From: Mobula hypostoma
Taxonomy: Eukaryota
Direction of reading: 5' to 3'
DNA: 64,000 nt
NCBI RefSeq assembly: GCF_963921235.1
Contig: NC_086107.1
Location: 103,728,001 to 103,792,000 of the forward strand
The translations under genes were made by a program, and so were the position numbers. The notes beneath the pieces are model-generated. The model made no database searches. It saw only the letters and a list, made by a program, of their open reading frames with translations, and was not told the origin of the DNA. Shown piece by piece: positions 37,975 to 50,800 of the stretch. How positions within the stretch are numbered: position 1 is the stretch's first letter; each line of letters starts with the position of its first letter.

Positions 37975-38290
37975 CAAATTGTAATAATAAACACAGAATG
38001 GAATTCGACATCTCATTGTTAATAAATCACTGGCCCATTGAACGCCAATGCATTTTACAAAAAGAAGAACGCATTTAAAGTGCTGTACAGTTTTCAGGCC
38101 ATGTAAGAGTTTCCTGCTCAGATCAATGATTGCAAATTGTAACAATACCCACAGAATGGAAGTCGACGTCTCATTGTTAATAAACTGCTGGCCCACTGAA
38201 CGGCAACACATCTTACAAAAAGAAGAACACATTTAAAGTGTGGTACAGTTTTCAGGCCATGTAAATATTTCCTGCTCAGAGCAATGGTTG
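37975..38290. repeat. Tandem duplication, two diverged ~158-bp units
   Basis: caaattgtaataataaacacagaatgg... (37975) and caaattgtaacaatacccacagaatgg... (38133) align over their full length. Confidence 0.85.
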
Positions 38291-39632
38291 GTCTGCACAG
38301 CTATAAAAAGAATTAGAAGGAACATTCCTCCAATTCCAGCCCCCTGACTCTCCCAGTTGTTACAGCCCATTTCCCAGGATTTCCCAATTTAGCCTCATAT
38401 CATTTGAACGGGAGAGGGAACACATATTAACTGTCGGGTGTTCAAAGCAACTATACAGCCATTGTGTGTAGATTGAAAGCTCATTCCCCTTTCATTCCCT
38501 CTACCCTAGAGCCACTTGGTATTGTGTAGGGTCTCTCCGCTTTAGTAGAATATCTCTCCCTAGTCCAAGGATGTTACATGAGGAAGTTCAGCTAAAGATT
38601 ATACACAATGACACAGGTAGTAGGGCTGCTGATGCTCAGTTTCAGGGAGACGGGTTCAATCCTGACCACTAGTGCTGTCTGTGTGGAGTGTGCAGGTTCT
38701 CATTGTGGCCGTGTGGCTTTCTCTTGGCTTCCCGCATCCAAAAGACAAGCTGGTTGATGGGTTAGCCAGTCACTGCAAATTATCCTGCCCATTGTAGGTG
38801 GCTGATAGGAGAATAAGGGGGTCAATGGATATGTGAGGAAGTATATGCATCAGGGATATGTGAGAGATTGGGACTGCTAGTATAGACTCGATGGGCCAAA
38901 TGGCATCATTCTACGTTGCTCAATATGGTGCCAGCAACCAATGCTACCAACAGCAACATCCTGCAGATAGTTCACAAACCTGCTTCTTCTTTTAAATACC
39001 CTTTTACTACTAAACTGTGTGCGATTGGAGCCTGCGATTTAAACTTTGTTGATGTTTTTTGGCCGACTGAGCAATCTGGCACTTTTGCTGTCCACGGGTC
39101 AGTTCGGCGAGGTTGAGAGCAGAGTGTGCAGCCTAGAAGCTGAGCGCGAGCCCGTGATCAGCCCCATTGAGCAAGAGTGAAATCGACGAGGACAGGAGTA
39201 GAAGGCGAGCGGGTGCTCAGATCCATCAGCCTGGGCTTGTCTGGCCTCGCTCTCCCTCTCCATCGCCGCTGACAGAGGAAGGTGCAGAAGTCTTGGGTCC
39301 CGTGCTGCAAGGTTTGATCGGCGCGGCTCGTGGCTGTGGATTCGTTTTTGGAGGACCCTGTGACTCATATTACATGTGTTAATGGATTCTGGTTGCTACT
39401 TTGTGAGATTTGATCGGGCGCTTTGGTGGAGACTGGTCTGCGGCCTGCAGTCACTGAACGACACAGCACGAGACTGAACTGAACTGAACTAGACTGCTTC
39501 AAGGACTCTTCTGTTTGATGTTACATGCTCACTTTTTGCTGTTGGCGAGATTTGTTCTTTTGTTGCACATTGGGTGTTTGATGTTTTCTTTGAACGGGTT
39601 TCATGGCCTTTCTTTGTTTCGTGGCTGTCTGC

Positions 39633-39920
39633 GGGAAGATGAATCATATACAGTACTGTGTACATACAGTACTGATGATCATATGATCATATACTGTATA
39701 TATACAGTACTGCAGGAAGATGAATCATATGCTGTCTACATACAGTACTGATGATCATATAATCATATATGGTATACATACAGTGCTGCAGGAAGATAAA
39801 TCATATACTGTATACATACAGTACTGATGATCATATAATCATATACTGTCTATATACAGTACTGTGCAAAAGTCTGAGGCAAATATATAGCTAGATACCT
39901 AAGGATTTTACACAGTACTG
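39633..39920. repeat. Three ~76-82 bp tandem units of palindromic tacagtactg motifs ending in a small MITE-like inverted repeat
   Basis: Units begin ggaagatgaatcatat; followed by tacagtactgtgcaaaagtc...ttttacacagtactgta. Confidence 0.75.
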
Positions 39921-42613
39921 TATTTGTCGACATGGAATGGAGAGCGTGCTTGTAAATCCTGCGGGAGCAAGGGATGTTAGGAATGGCGAGGGTGGAGCAG
40001 GTGGCAGAAAAGGAGAGCTGAGGGCGGGGGGGTGGCGTGGATGTGGGACACGTTCATCACTGAGACACCAGGCAAGGTCATTTGATTCCAAATAATTGGT
40101 TTATCGATCATTACAGAATGTCCCTCTGGTACTTTCTGCTCCCTTCCCTCTCCCTTCCCCTTTTCCCAACCACGCTTCCCCTCTCCCTGCCCCCTTCCCA
40201 CTCTCAGTCCATAACAGAGACCCATATCAGAATCAGGCTTATCATCACTCACATATGTCATGAATCTTTAAAACCGAGAGAAAATTTACAGATGTTGTCG
40301 AAGTTTGTTTTGTTTTTGCGGCAACAGTACAGTGCAATACATAAAATTACTACAGTATTGTGCAAAAGTCTTGGGCGCACTCGCGCGCTCTCTCTCTCCC
40401 TCTCTCTTTCTCTCTCACACACTCATCCCATCAAACCCCACCTCTCCAAATTCTGACTCTCCCTTAAAACCTCCAACACCATCGTTTAAGCCCCTCTCGT
40501 CAACACTCCGACTCCTTAATAGTAGTCCCTTTCCCTGAAAGCTCAGCTCCCCAAATCACAGTGCTTCCTGCTAACGACGCCAGTCCCCGAGCCCACAGTG
40601 ACTCTAATGCCTGTTCTAAATTCACACTTCATCTGGATTATTAGTCCTGGCTTGCATTCAGCAACTTTCTGAATTTGTTAAAAAATGCCATATAGAGTGT
40701 GATCCGATAATGGGGCCCTTTAATATTTCCTTTCTTTTGACCGTGCTTTTAAACTGTTCTGCTGTGGAATCATCCCCATTGTTCAAAACTCCACCCCTGC
40801 CATCTATTCCACCTCCCTTGACTGCTAGTTAGAACCCACTAACGAACACACGGCCAACAATATAATTATACACGTTGTACTCAGTACTTTGAAAAATGTT
40901 TTATATTGCTTTGAAGAGAGGATGTGCATTTATGTAGCACCCTTCGTATTTCCTGATGTCTAAAATGTCTTCCTGCCTGATGCCATTGAACAGGACATAG
41001 ACAACCTATTCTCTTCATTCTTACACAGTGGATTTCCTTCATGAGAAACTAATCCATTTTGTGCTGATGACTTTCAGTCTTACTTCTCCATGCACGACGA
41101 GTATGAAGTAACGTTTTGTAACCTTCCGGGAACTGTAACTCAACTGTAACTGTAGCCCTGAGCTGCAGAGTGGGAGTCTTAACGTGGACACAAGAGATTC
41201 TGCAGGTGAAGGAAATCTAGCTGTTTGTCGTATATTGATCACCAGATCATCAATAAAGTGATTGCCTATTTACAGAATCAGCTCGGAATAGCCCCGTCTG
41301 ACCCTTCCAGCCAGCAACCCACCTGTTTAACCCTAGCCTAACCGCAGGACGATTTACAACGACCATTTAACTTACTGACAGGTACGTCTTGGGGCTGTGG
41401 GAGGAAACCAGAGCACCCGGAGGAAACCCTCGCGGTCACGGGGAGAACGTATTAACTCCCTCCAGACGGCGCCAGATTTGAACTCTGAACTCAGCGCCCC
41501 AATCTGTGATAGTGTCACAGTAACGACTGCATTACCCCAGCGCCCCATTAACAGATGGTGGCCCCTAGCCAACATCTTCCCAGCTCTTTACTTCACCCTT
41601 CCCCCTCTCCCGGTTTCACCTATCACCTACCACCTTGTACTTCCTCCTCCCCTCCCCACACCCTCTTGCTCTAACCTCTCAAACATGTTCCAGATGTTGG
41701 GGGAGTACAGAACCAGAGGCCACAGTTTAAGAATAAGGGGTAGGCCATTTAGAACGGAGTTGAGGAAAAACTTTTTCACAGAGAGGGTTGTGGTTCTGTG
41801 GAATGCTCTGCCTCAGAGGGCAGTAGAGGCTAATTCTCTGGATTCTTTCAAGAAAGAGTTAAATAGAGCTCTTAAAGATAGTGGAATGAAGGGATATGGG
41901 GAGAAGGCAGGAAAAGGGATTGTGGATGATCAGCCATGATCACAGTGAATGGTGGTGCTGGCTCGAAGGGCTGAATGGCCTACTCCTGCACTTATTGTCT
42001 ATTGTCTCTCATCTTTTTTCTCCCCCAGTCCCGATGAAGGGTCGTGACTGTTTACTCTTCTCCATAGATGCTGCCTGACCTGCTGTGCCTGTAGTTTACA
42101 ATGATGGGATTCGAACGCACACGTACATGGACTAGCAGTCCAATGCCTTAACCTCTCGGCCACCTTGCCAACGATCAACAATATCTCAAACAGTATTTCC
42201 ATCCAGAGGCCATTCAGTCCTCTAATGCCGAGCTATCCCACTCCCCGCCACCACCCTACCCTCCCAGAGTTGTGCACTCACCTACACCCTAGGAGCAAAT
42301 TACAGTGGCCAGTTACCTTACCAGGTTGCATGCCTTTGTGCAGTGAGAGGAGCCCGGAGCAGCAGGCACGGGTGGGAAACTACACAGCCACCGGGAGACG
42401 GTGCAAACAGGACCGGAGGTCAGGCTCGAACCCGGGTCTCTGGCGCTGCGAGCTGAGGGAGCTCGACAAGCCGAGCCACTCCCGTCACCCCAAGGCCGGT
42501 CAGCCCGACAGCACCCTCCGTCCACGTGCAGTGGGAGCGAGGACGGAAGACCTGTAGCTCAGTGAGCAGCACCCTGTGAGCCGCAGCTTTGGGGAAAACA
42601 GAACAACTGTTAC

Positions 42614-42680
42614 CTTCGTGTGTTGAAGAGGATCTGAATGGTCGGCTCCCCCCTCCTGGGATTCGGGCTGTGGCTCGTTT
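42614..42680 (-). other. Candidate non-coding first exon (5'UTR) of the neurotensin-like gene
   Basis: Lies just downstream of a TATA-like box on the minus strand, has no ATG and ends at donor cgaag|gtaaca; the signal-peptide exon has a splice acceptor, so an upstream exon is required. TSS approximate. Confidence 0.5.
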
Positions 42681-42689
42681 TGGACTGGG

Positions 42690-42795
42690 GCGGCGCTATT
42701 TATTTAGAAAGGCGATGACCAATCAGGGGGTGGGGAAAACTCTGTCAGAGGCGGGACCTCTCAGCAGCTGCCGGGCAATCACGATGCAAATCTGG
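42690..42795 (-). promoter_or_regulatory. Candidate Pol II promoter for the minus-strand neurotensin-like gene
   Basis: taaataaata (minus, 42706-42697), NF-Y-type gaccaatcag (CCAAT 42719-42723), ggggtgggg (42727-42735), gaggcgggac (42748-42757) and octamer atgcaaat (42784-42791) in non-repetitive, CpG-containing DNA. Confidence 0.5.
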
Positions 42796-43229
42796 ATGAT
42801 GCTCCCTGCCTGTTGTCTCAGCTCTGCGTTCCTTCCACACCACAAATCCCCCAGAACTCCTCCCCGTGATGGTTCTGCCTTCTTCCCCCTTCCTCTCCAC
42901 TCCTAATAAAGGGTCTCGACCGGAAATGTCGACACTTGATTCCTTCCCGTAGATGGTGCCCGCCTTGCCGAGTTCCTCCAGCATTTTCTGGGTGTCCCCC
43001 TGCTATAAACTCTCTGGGACTGGGTGAATGACACCATCAAGCGGAGGAGCAGAGATCATATCCTCGCTGTCGAAATTCTGAAGGTAGGAACCTTACGCCA
43101 GCAACCAGTCACACAGCAGAGTGCTCCCAGGGACATACACTGGGTCAACAATTGACCACTGCCAGAAGATCATTCTCCTGGTGAAAAAACACTGTTCGAT
43201 CCACTCGAAACTTGTTAATCTTCCAGCCC

Positions 43230-44100
43230 AGAATCAGAATCAGGTTTATTATCACCGGCCCGTGTCATGAAATCTGTTAACTTAGCAGCAGCTGTTCAAT
43301 GCAATATATTATATGGGAAAAAAAGTAAAAATAAATAAGTAAGTAAATCAATTACAGTCTACCTATATTGGATAGATTAAAAATCGTGCAAAAACAGAAA
43401 TAGTATATATTAAAAAAGTGAGATAGTGCTCATGGGTTCAATGTCCATTTAGGAATCAGATGGCAGAGGGGAAGAAGCTGTTCCTGAATCACTGAGTGTG
43501 TGCCTTCAGGCTTCTGTATCTCCCACCTGATGGTAACAGTGAGAAAAGGGCATGTCCTGGGTGCTGGAGATCCTTAATAATGGATGCTGCCTTTCTGAGA
43601 CACCACTCCTTGAAGATGTCCTGGGTACTTTGTAGGCTAGTACCCAAGATGGAGTTGACTAGATTTACAACCTTCTGCAGCTTCTTTCGGTCCTGTGCAG
43701 GAGCCCCTCCATACCAGACAGTGATGCACCCTGTCAGAATGCTCTCCACGGTACATTTATTGAAGTTTTTGAGTATTTTTATTGACATACCAAATCTCTT
43801 CAAACTCCTAATGAAGTATAGTCGCTGTCTTGCCTTCTTTATAGCTGCATCAATATGTTGGGACCAGGTTAGATCCTCAGAGATTTTGACACCCAGGAAC
43901 TTGAAGCTGCTCACTCTCTCCACTTCTGATCCCTCTATGAGGACTGGTGTGTGTTCCTTCGTCTTACCCTTTCTGAAGTCCACAATCAGCTCTTTCGTCT
44001 TACTGACATTGAGTGCCAGGTTGTTGCTGTGACACCACTCCACTAGCTGGCATATCTCGCACCTGTACGCCCTCTCATCACCATCTGAGATTCTACCAAG
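43230..44100 (-). mobile_element. Rex-Babar (Rex1-like) LINE 3' portion
   Basis: ORF 43489..44220: WCHSNNLALNVSKTKELIVDFRK...FKFLGV.ISEDLTWS.H...KKARQRLYF...ESILTGCITVWYG...; tail gattctgattctg on the minus strand. Confidence 0.85.
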
Positions 44101-44690
44101 GTGCCTAAGAAATCTGTAGGGGAATACTGCTGACCGACATCCCAGGCTGCAGGAGTACGTGCTGAGGGGCACACTGAAGCTCGGGGCAGCCACCACAGAA
44201 GTTCTCTGGGGAAGAGGCACAGATTAGTCTCCTGCTACCACAGGACACTGACGAGCTGGGCTCTGTGTAACAGACTCTTAGACACCTCACGTGCACTAAC
44301 GTATTGCAAGATAACACTATATTGAGTTAATGGTATAATGAATGTCGGTAAAGATGTGTATTGATCACATTATAGGCATCCGTTAGTCTCGTAAGACCAT
44401 GGATTTGCGCCTTGGAAGGTTTCCAGGGCACAGGCCTGGGCAAGGTTGTATGGAAGACCAGCGGTTGCCCATGCTGCAAGTCTCCCCTCTCCATGCCACC
44501 AATGTTGTCCTAGGGAAGGGCATTAGGACCCATACAGCTTGGCGCCGGTGTCATCGCAGAGCAATGTGTGGTTAAGTACCTTGCTCAAGGACACAACACG
44601 TTGCCTCAGCTGAGGCTTGAACTAGCAACCTTCTGATCACTAGACCGACACTTTAACCACTTGGCCAACACATTAACTATACAGTATTTA

Positions 44691-45215
44691 CACACAGTGA
44701 TCACTTCATTAGGTACCTCCTGTATCTAATAAAATGGCCACTGAGTGTATGTTCATGGTCTTTGCTGCCATAGCCCATCCACCTCAAAGTTCGATGTGTA
44801 GTTTGTTCAAAGATGCTCTTCTGTACATCACTGTTGTAATGCATGGTTATCTGAGTTACTGTCGCCTTCCTGTCAGCTTAAACCAGTCTGGTCATTCTCC
44901 TCTGACCTCTCTCACTAACAAGGCATTTTCACCCTCAGAACTGCCGCCCACTGGAGACATTTTTGTTTTTTACATCATTCCCCATAAACTCAAGAGACAC
45001 TTATGCGTGAAAATCCCAGGAGTTCAGCTGTTTCTGAGATACTCAAACCACCCCATCTGGCACCAGCAATCATTCCACAGTCAAAGTCACATGGATCACA
45101 TTTCTTCCCCATTCTGATGTCTGGTCTGAACAACAACTGGGCCTCTTGACCATGCCCGCATGCTCTTATGCATTGAGTTGCTGACAAATGTACCTAATAA
45201 AGTGGCCACTGAGTG
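44691..45215 (-). mobile_element. Tc1/mariner-derived MITE with both TIRs
   Basis: ta|cacacagtgatcacttcattaggtac ... gtacctaataaagtggccactgagtg|ta; transposase remnant MGKKCDPCDFDCGMIAGARWGGLSISETAELLGFS. Confidence 0.8.
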
Positions 45216-47384
45216 TATAATGAATGGAACATACTGTATTCTTTTTTTTAAATGTAGAGCTATTAGAGTCGTATATCTTGATGCAGTGTTTCAACCCCAT
45301 TATTGAGAATATTTTCAAAAAGCAGTGTGCCTCAAGAAGGCAGCATCCATCGTTAAGGACTCTCACCAACACAGCCATGGCCTCTCCTCTCTGCCCTTAG
45401 GGAGGAGGTACAGGAGCCTGAAGATCCAAACTCAGTGTTTTCAGATTAGCTTGTTCCCCTCTGCCATCAGAGATCTGAACAGTCATGAACTCACGAGCAG
45501 TACCTCACTATCCCCCCTTTGTACGCTTCACTCCTGTACATTGACGCAGTACAAGGGAAATCATTAACAATGCAGAATAAAGTGTTACAATTCATAAAGA
45601 AGGGTGTAGATCAATCATCTCTTTCATGTGCAATAGCCTCCCCACCACCGAGGACATCTTCAAACAGCGGTGCTTCAAGAAGACAGTATCCATCATTAAG
45701 GATCTTCACCATCAAGACATTTCCTGTTCACCATCAGGGAGGAGGTACAGGGCCTGAAGACCCACCCTCAACATCTGAAGAACAGTTTCTTCCCCTCCAT
45801 CTGCATTATTCTTCCTCTTTTCCATTTTTTTTGTTGTAAATTACAGTAATTTTTTTACATTTTGCACTGTAGTGCAAAGCAGTGTATACAGCCCATTGAA
45901 TCACGGGTAAAACCCTCCCCGCCACTGGGCACATCTACATGGAATACTGTCGCAGGAAAGCAGCAGCCATCATCAGGGACCCCCACCACCCTGGACACCC
46001 TCTCTTCTCACTGCTACCATCAGGAAGAAGGCACAGGGACCTCAGGACCCACACTAGCAGGTCCAGGAACATCAGCCATCAGGGTCCTGAAACAAAGGAG
46101 ATGACGACACTCAACTTCACTTGTCCCATCATTGAAGAAACTATTGGACTCACTTTCAAGAACTCTTCATCCCACATTCTCAATGCCTATAGCTTATTTA
46201 TTTATTTTTTATTATTTCTTTCTTTTTTGTATTCGCACAGTATGTTGGCTTCTGCACTTTGGTTGAACACCCAAGTTGGGCAGTCTTTTATTGATTCTGT
46301 TATAGTTACTCTTCTGTAGATTTACTGAGTTTGGCCACAAGAAAATGAATTTCAAGGTTGTATATGCTGACACGTATGTACTTTGATAATAAATCTACTT
46401 TGAAATTTGAACTTTTGAACTTTGTACTGATGCCACAACACTACAAATTCCATGACATACGTCAGCAATAATAAATCTGATTCTGAGATTAACTCAAGTT
46501 CAAGTTCAAGTTTAATTGCCATTCAACCTTACATGAATACTCATGAACACAGCCAAACTAAACTGTGTTACTCTGGAGCCAAGCTGCAAAACACATTACC
46601 AACAGTCTCACACACAGCACAAGGCACATGTAACACATAACAAGACAGCAAGCACATATAAGATATCAGCAAAATGCAATCAAGCAAAACCAAAAATTCC
46701 AAGTCCCTGAGTCCATCAATGTTGCAGCAATCTGCAGTCGAACACAATACAGCTTGTCTTCTGCCGAGCGAACACTAGGGGGCAGCACCAATTACAGCAC
46801 GGACGCAGCGCCACGTCACCTCCGTCACTCTAATGCAGTCTCCAACCCCCCCCCGCCCCCCGCAAGCGGCTGCAAACAGGCGACACCACAGCTTTAGGCC
46901 CAGTCCTCACTTTGACTGGGGCCACCCACCCCATTCGCCAATAAACCAACGAGTTGGACCGGCAACATTCCACACCCCCGACGTCCAGCACCACAAGAGA
47001 AGCGACAAAGACGATCACTCCGCTGTTAGACTGCACATCTCGCCTGCGCACCGACGCGTCTCTGACACCGGCAGCACGACGACTCATGATGAGTCCAGCT
47101 CCTTCAGTTTCTCCACTAATGAGCAACTCGCGGATATGACGTAAACCATAAGACACGGGACTCAGAATCAGAACCAGGCTTATTATCGCTGACATAGGTC
47201 ATGAAATTTGTTCTACAGTGCAAGATATAAAAATTATTATAAGTTACAATAAAAGATAAATAGTATCAAAGAGGAATAGAGGGGTAGTGTTCATGGGTTC
47301 ATGGGCTCAATTAGATTGGAAAATAGCAAACACGGTCACTTAATTCTAAGAGGGAGAGAGAGTAAAACAAGACTCTACTATGTT

Positions 47385-47845
47385 TTTCATCTCCTAAGTT
47401 ACAGAGAAAGGTTGAACAAGTTGGGTCTTTATTCTTTGGAGCGTAGAAGGTTGAGGGGGGACTTGACTGAGGTGTTTAAAATTATGAGGGAGATTGATAG
47501 AGTTGACACGGATAGGCTTTTTCCATTGAGAGTGGGGGAGATTCAAACAAGAGGACATGAGTTGAAAGTTAAAGGACAAAAGTTTAGGGGTAACACGAGG
47601 GGGAACTTCTTTACTCAGAGAGTGGTAGCTGTGTGGAACGAGCTTCCAGCAGAAGTGGTTGAGGCAGGTTCGATGTTGTCGTTTAAAGTTAAATTGGATA
47701 GATATATGGACAGGAAAGGAATGGAGGGTTATGGGCTGAGTGCAGGTCGGTGGGACTAGGTGAGAGTAAGAGTTCGGCATGGACTAGAAGGGCCAAGATG
47801 GCCTGTTTCCGTGCTGTAATTGTTATATGGTTATATGGTTATATG
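47385..47845 (+). mobile_element. CR1 3' fragment, same young family as 8910-11682
   Basis: Near-identical to ~11235-11682; (ggttatat)n tail. Confidence 0.9.
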
Positions 47846-50800
47846 TGTGTCACAGGGTAAAGTTTAGACACCTTTTTAAAGAGGTAATGGCAGGAACATG
47901 TAAAGTTCAAGGTCATTAGGCAAAGTCAGCAGAATTTTCTGATAGGGATCAATCATAGATACATATATGTAGCTAGGGTGCCTAAGACTTTTGCACAGTA
48001 CTGTAGTAATTTTATGTATTGCACTGTACTGCTGTCATACAGAAAAAAACAATTTCATGACATATGTGAGTGATGATAAACCTGATTCTGATATGGGTCT
48101 CTATTGTGGACTGAGAGTGGGAATGAGGCAGGGAGAGGGGGATCATGGTTGGGAAAAGGGGAAGGGAGAGAAGAGGAAGTGGGAAGCACCCCTAGAGAGG
48201 CATTCTATAATGATCAACAAACCAATTGTTTGGAATCAAGTGCCCTTGCCTGGTGCCTCAGGGCAGGGTGTGCCTGCCACCTCCTCTCCCCTGGCACTCC
48301 TTCTGTGCCACCTGTCCCACACCCTCCTGCAGCCCTCCACCCTCACCATTCCCAACGTTCTTTCCTCCCGCCAGATTTAGAAACTCGCTCTCCGCTCCAC
48401 TTTGACGAATACAGTACTGTGCAACAAAATCACAGGCACGAAGATTCAGACAGCACACGGTACACAGGGTCATTCGGCAAAATGACCCTGTTGGCCCTCA
48501 GAGTCTGCACCCAACTCAACCACCCATCTACACTAATTGTCCATTACTTTTTATCTTCCCCACATTCCTATTATTCCTCAGCCCCCACCCCCACAGATTC
48601 TTCCGCTCACATACAGATTAGGTGTAAATCAACCTACCAATCCACAGGTCTTAGTTACTTGGGAGGGAACCAGAGCACCCGGAGGAAACCTACACAGTCA
48701 CAGGGAGAGCGGGCAAACTCCACACAGACAGCGCCTGAGGTCAGAATGGACCTGTGTCTGTAATGAGCACTTCGGGCTTCGGCAAGGAGCCGGAGACTGT
48801 TGGGCTCTGGGGTCTTTAGAGCTCCTGAATTGGTTAATTGTCGTTTTATGAGAGCCGTTAATTGCTTAGAGTCCCTTGTGCTGACTCGCCCTTTGAAGTG
48901 TGATCTCCTGGTCATTCCTGTTTAAGTTTGTAAAGTTTATTTTGATAGGCTTGGGGATCCTGTGAATTGTTCTTCTTTTGTGCTGCATTGAATCCACAGC
49001 AGCCATTTTTTCATTCGCCTTTATACGTGTGTACTGGAAATGACATGAAGCAATCTTGGATCTTGAATAACAATAGACAGTAGACAATAGGTGCAGGAGT
49101 AGGTCTAGTAGGAGTAGTGAAGAAGTGTACTGGCCGCTACATGCATAGGTTGATCCCACGCCCACAGAGACACCAGGCACGGAGGTGTCTGTACATAAGG
49201 TAACTGTCAGGAAATGATGAAGTCATGGTGGTGGAGGGTGTGGAGGGGTGGATTAAGACCATAAGGTTATTAGATATAGGAGCAGAAGTAGGCCATTCAG
49301 CCCATTGAGTCTGCTCCACCATTCAGTCATGGGCTGATCCAACTCTTCCAGTCATCCCCACTCCCCTGCCTTCCCCCCATGCCCTTTGATGCCCTGGCTA
49401 ATCAAGAACCTACCTAGCAGGTGGAGGTGTTGATCAGCCTGACCACTTGGGGAAAGTAACTGTTTTTGAGTCTGGTGGTCCTGTTGTGGATGCTACATAG
49501 CCTCCTCCCCAGTGGGAGTGGGACAAACAGGCCATGAGCAGGGTGGGTGGGATCCTTCACAGTGTTGCTGGCCCTCTCCCGGCACCTTTTTGTGTTTATG
49601 TCTTTTATGATGGGCAGGCTGGTGCTGGTGATGCGTTGGTCAGTTTTGACTACCTGTTGTGAAGCTTTCCTGTCCACCACAGTTCTGTGTCCATACCAAG
49701 CACACCATTTCACTCTGCTTCGTTACAGTTTTACCTCGTTGTACAATAGCTTCCTGTAATGATTTGATCTGTACAAACAATATCTTGGTACACTATCTTG
49801 ACAATAATAAACCAACAGCGATAGCAATGGGAGAATGGGTACAGGTGATGTTCCTATAGTGGATGGTCATGGGTGTAGATCCCAATTCACTGGTGTGAAC
49901 ATGTTTACTCCCAGAGAAAGTGTGTTGAATTTGCCCACTGCGCAGAAACCCTTTACCTGCTCTCTAGATATGCCTTACGATGTTGCCAACGTCATCTGAA
50001 GGTACCTCATGCACACTGAAGGGTCAGCAGCCATGTACAGGCTCAAGCAATGTCGTTCCTGCCACAGGGAGGAGAGGGGGAGGTCAGGGAGTTTTAGAGA
50101 AGCATTAAAGGGAATCTGGAGGCAGATACGTGGGAATAGAAGCATGACCACGGGGGAAGAAATTAAACTTCAAAGGACCCTCACTGAGAGAGGGATTTTA
50201 ATTGGTTTATTGCTGTCACAGGTACCGTGGGCCAGCACGGTGGCATAACGGTTAGCACAACGGTTTACAGTACCGGTGACCCGGGTTCAATTCCCGCCGC
50301 TGCCTGGAGTTCGTACGTCCTCCCTGTGGAATGCGTGGGTTTCCTCCAGTCTCTGCCCACAGTCCGAAGGTGTACCGGCTGGTAGGTTAATTGGTCACTG
50401 TCGATTGTCCTGTGATTAGGCTCGGGTTACACTGGGGTTTGTTGGGCAGTGCGGCCTCGAAGGGCCGCTAGGGTGTATTCTGAGGCTGTGCCCCCTGCTC
50501 CTAGACTTGCCCCACAGCATCCTCTCCACTCTCTATTCCTCCTGTAATTTATACATTTGATCCCATTGCTATCTGTGAAGCAGTAGTGTGACTGATCTCC
50601 AAAAGAGAAAGGAACATGTTAACCACCGAGGCGGGTACTGTGCACGTAAACGGTTAACACTTCCTTCTGCATCTCAATGCGGCTTCAAAGCCAGCCCTTG
50701 ACAAGGAGATTTGGAACACATGAATAGGCATCTGAGAGCCACAAGTGGGGGCCGCAGGTGTGCCAACTGAACGGAATAATCTGCCGGGATTTCAGGGGGT

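Noticed and set aside
39633..39865. CRISPR-like repeat array
   Set aside because: Eukaryotic context, no unique spacers and no cas genes; it is a simple tandem repeat.
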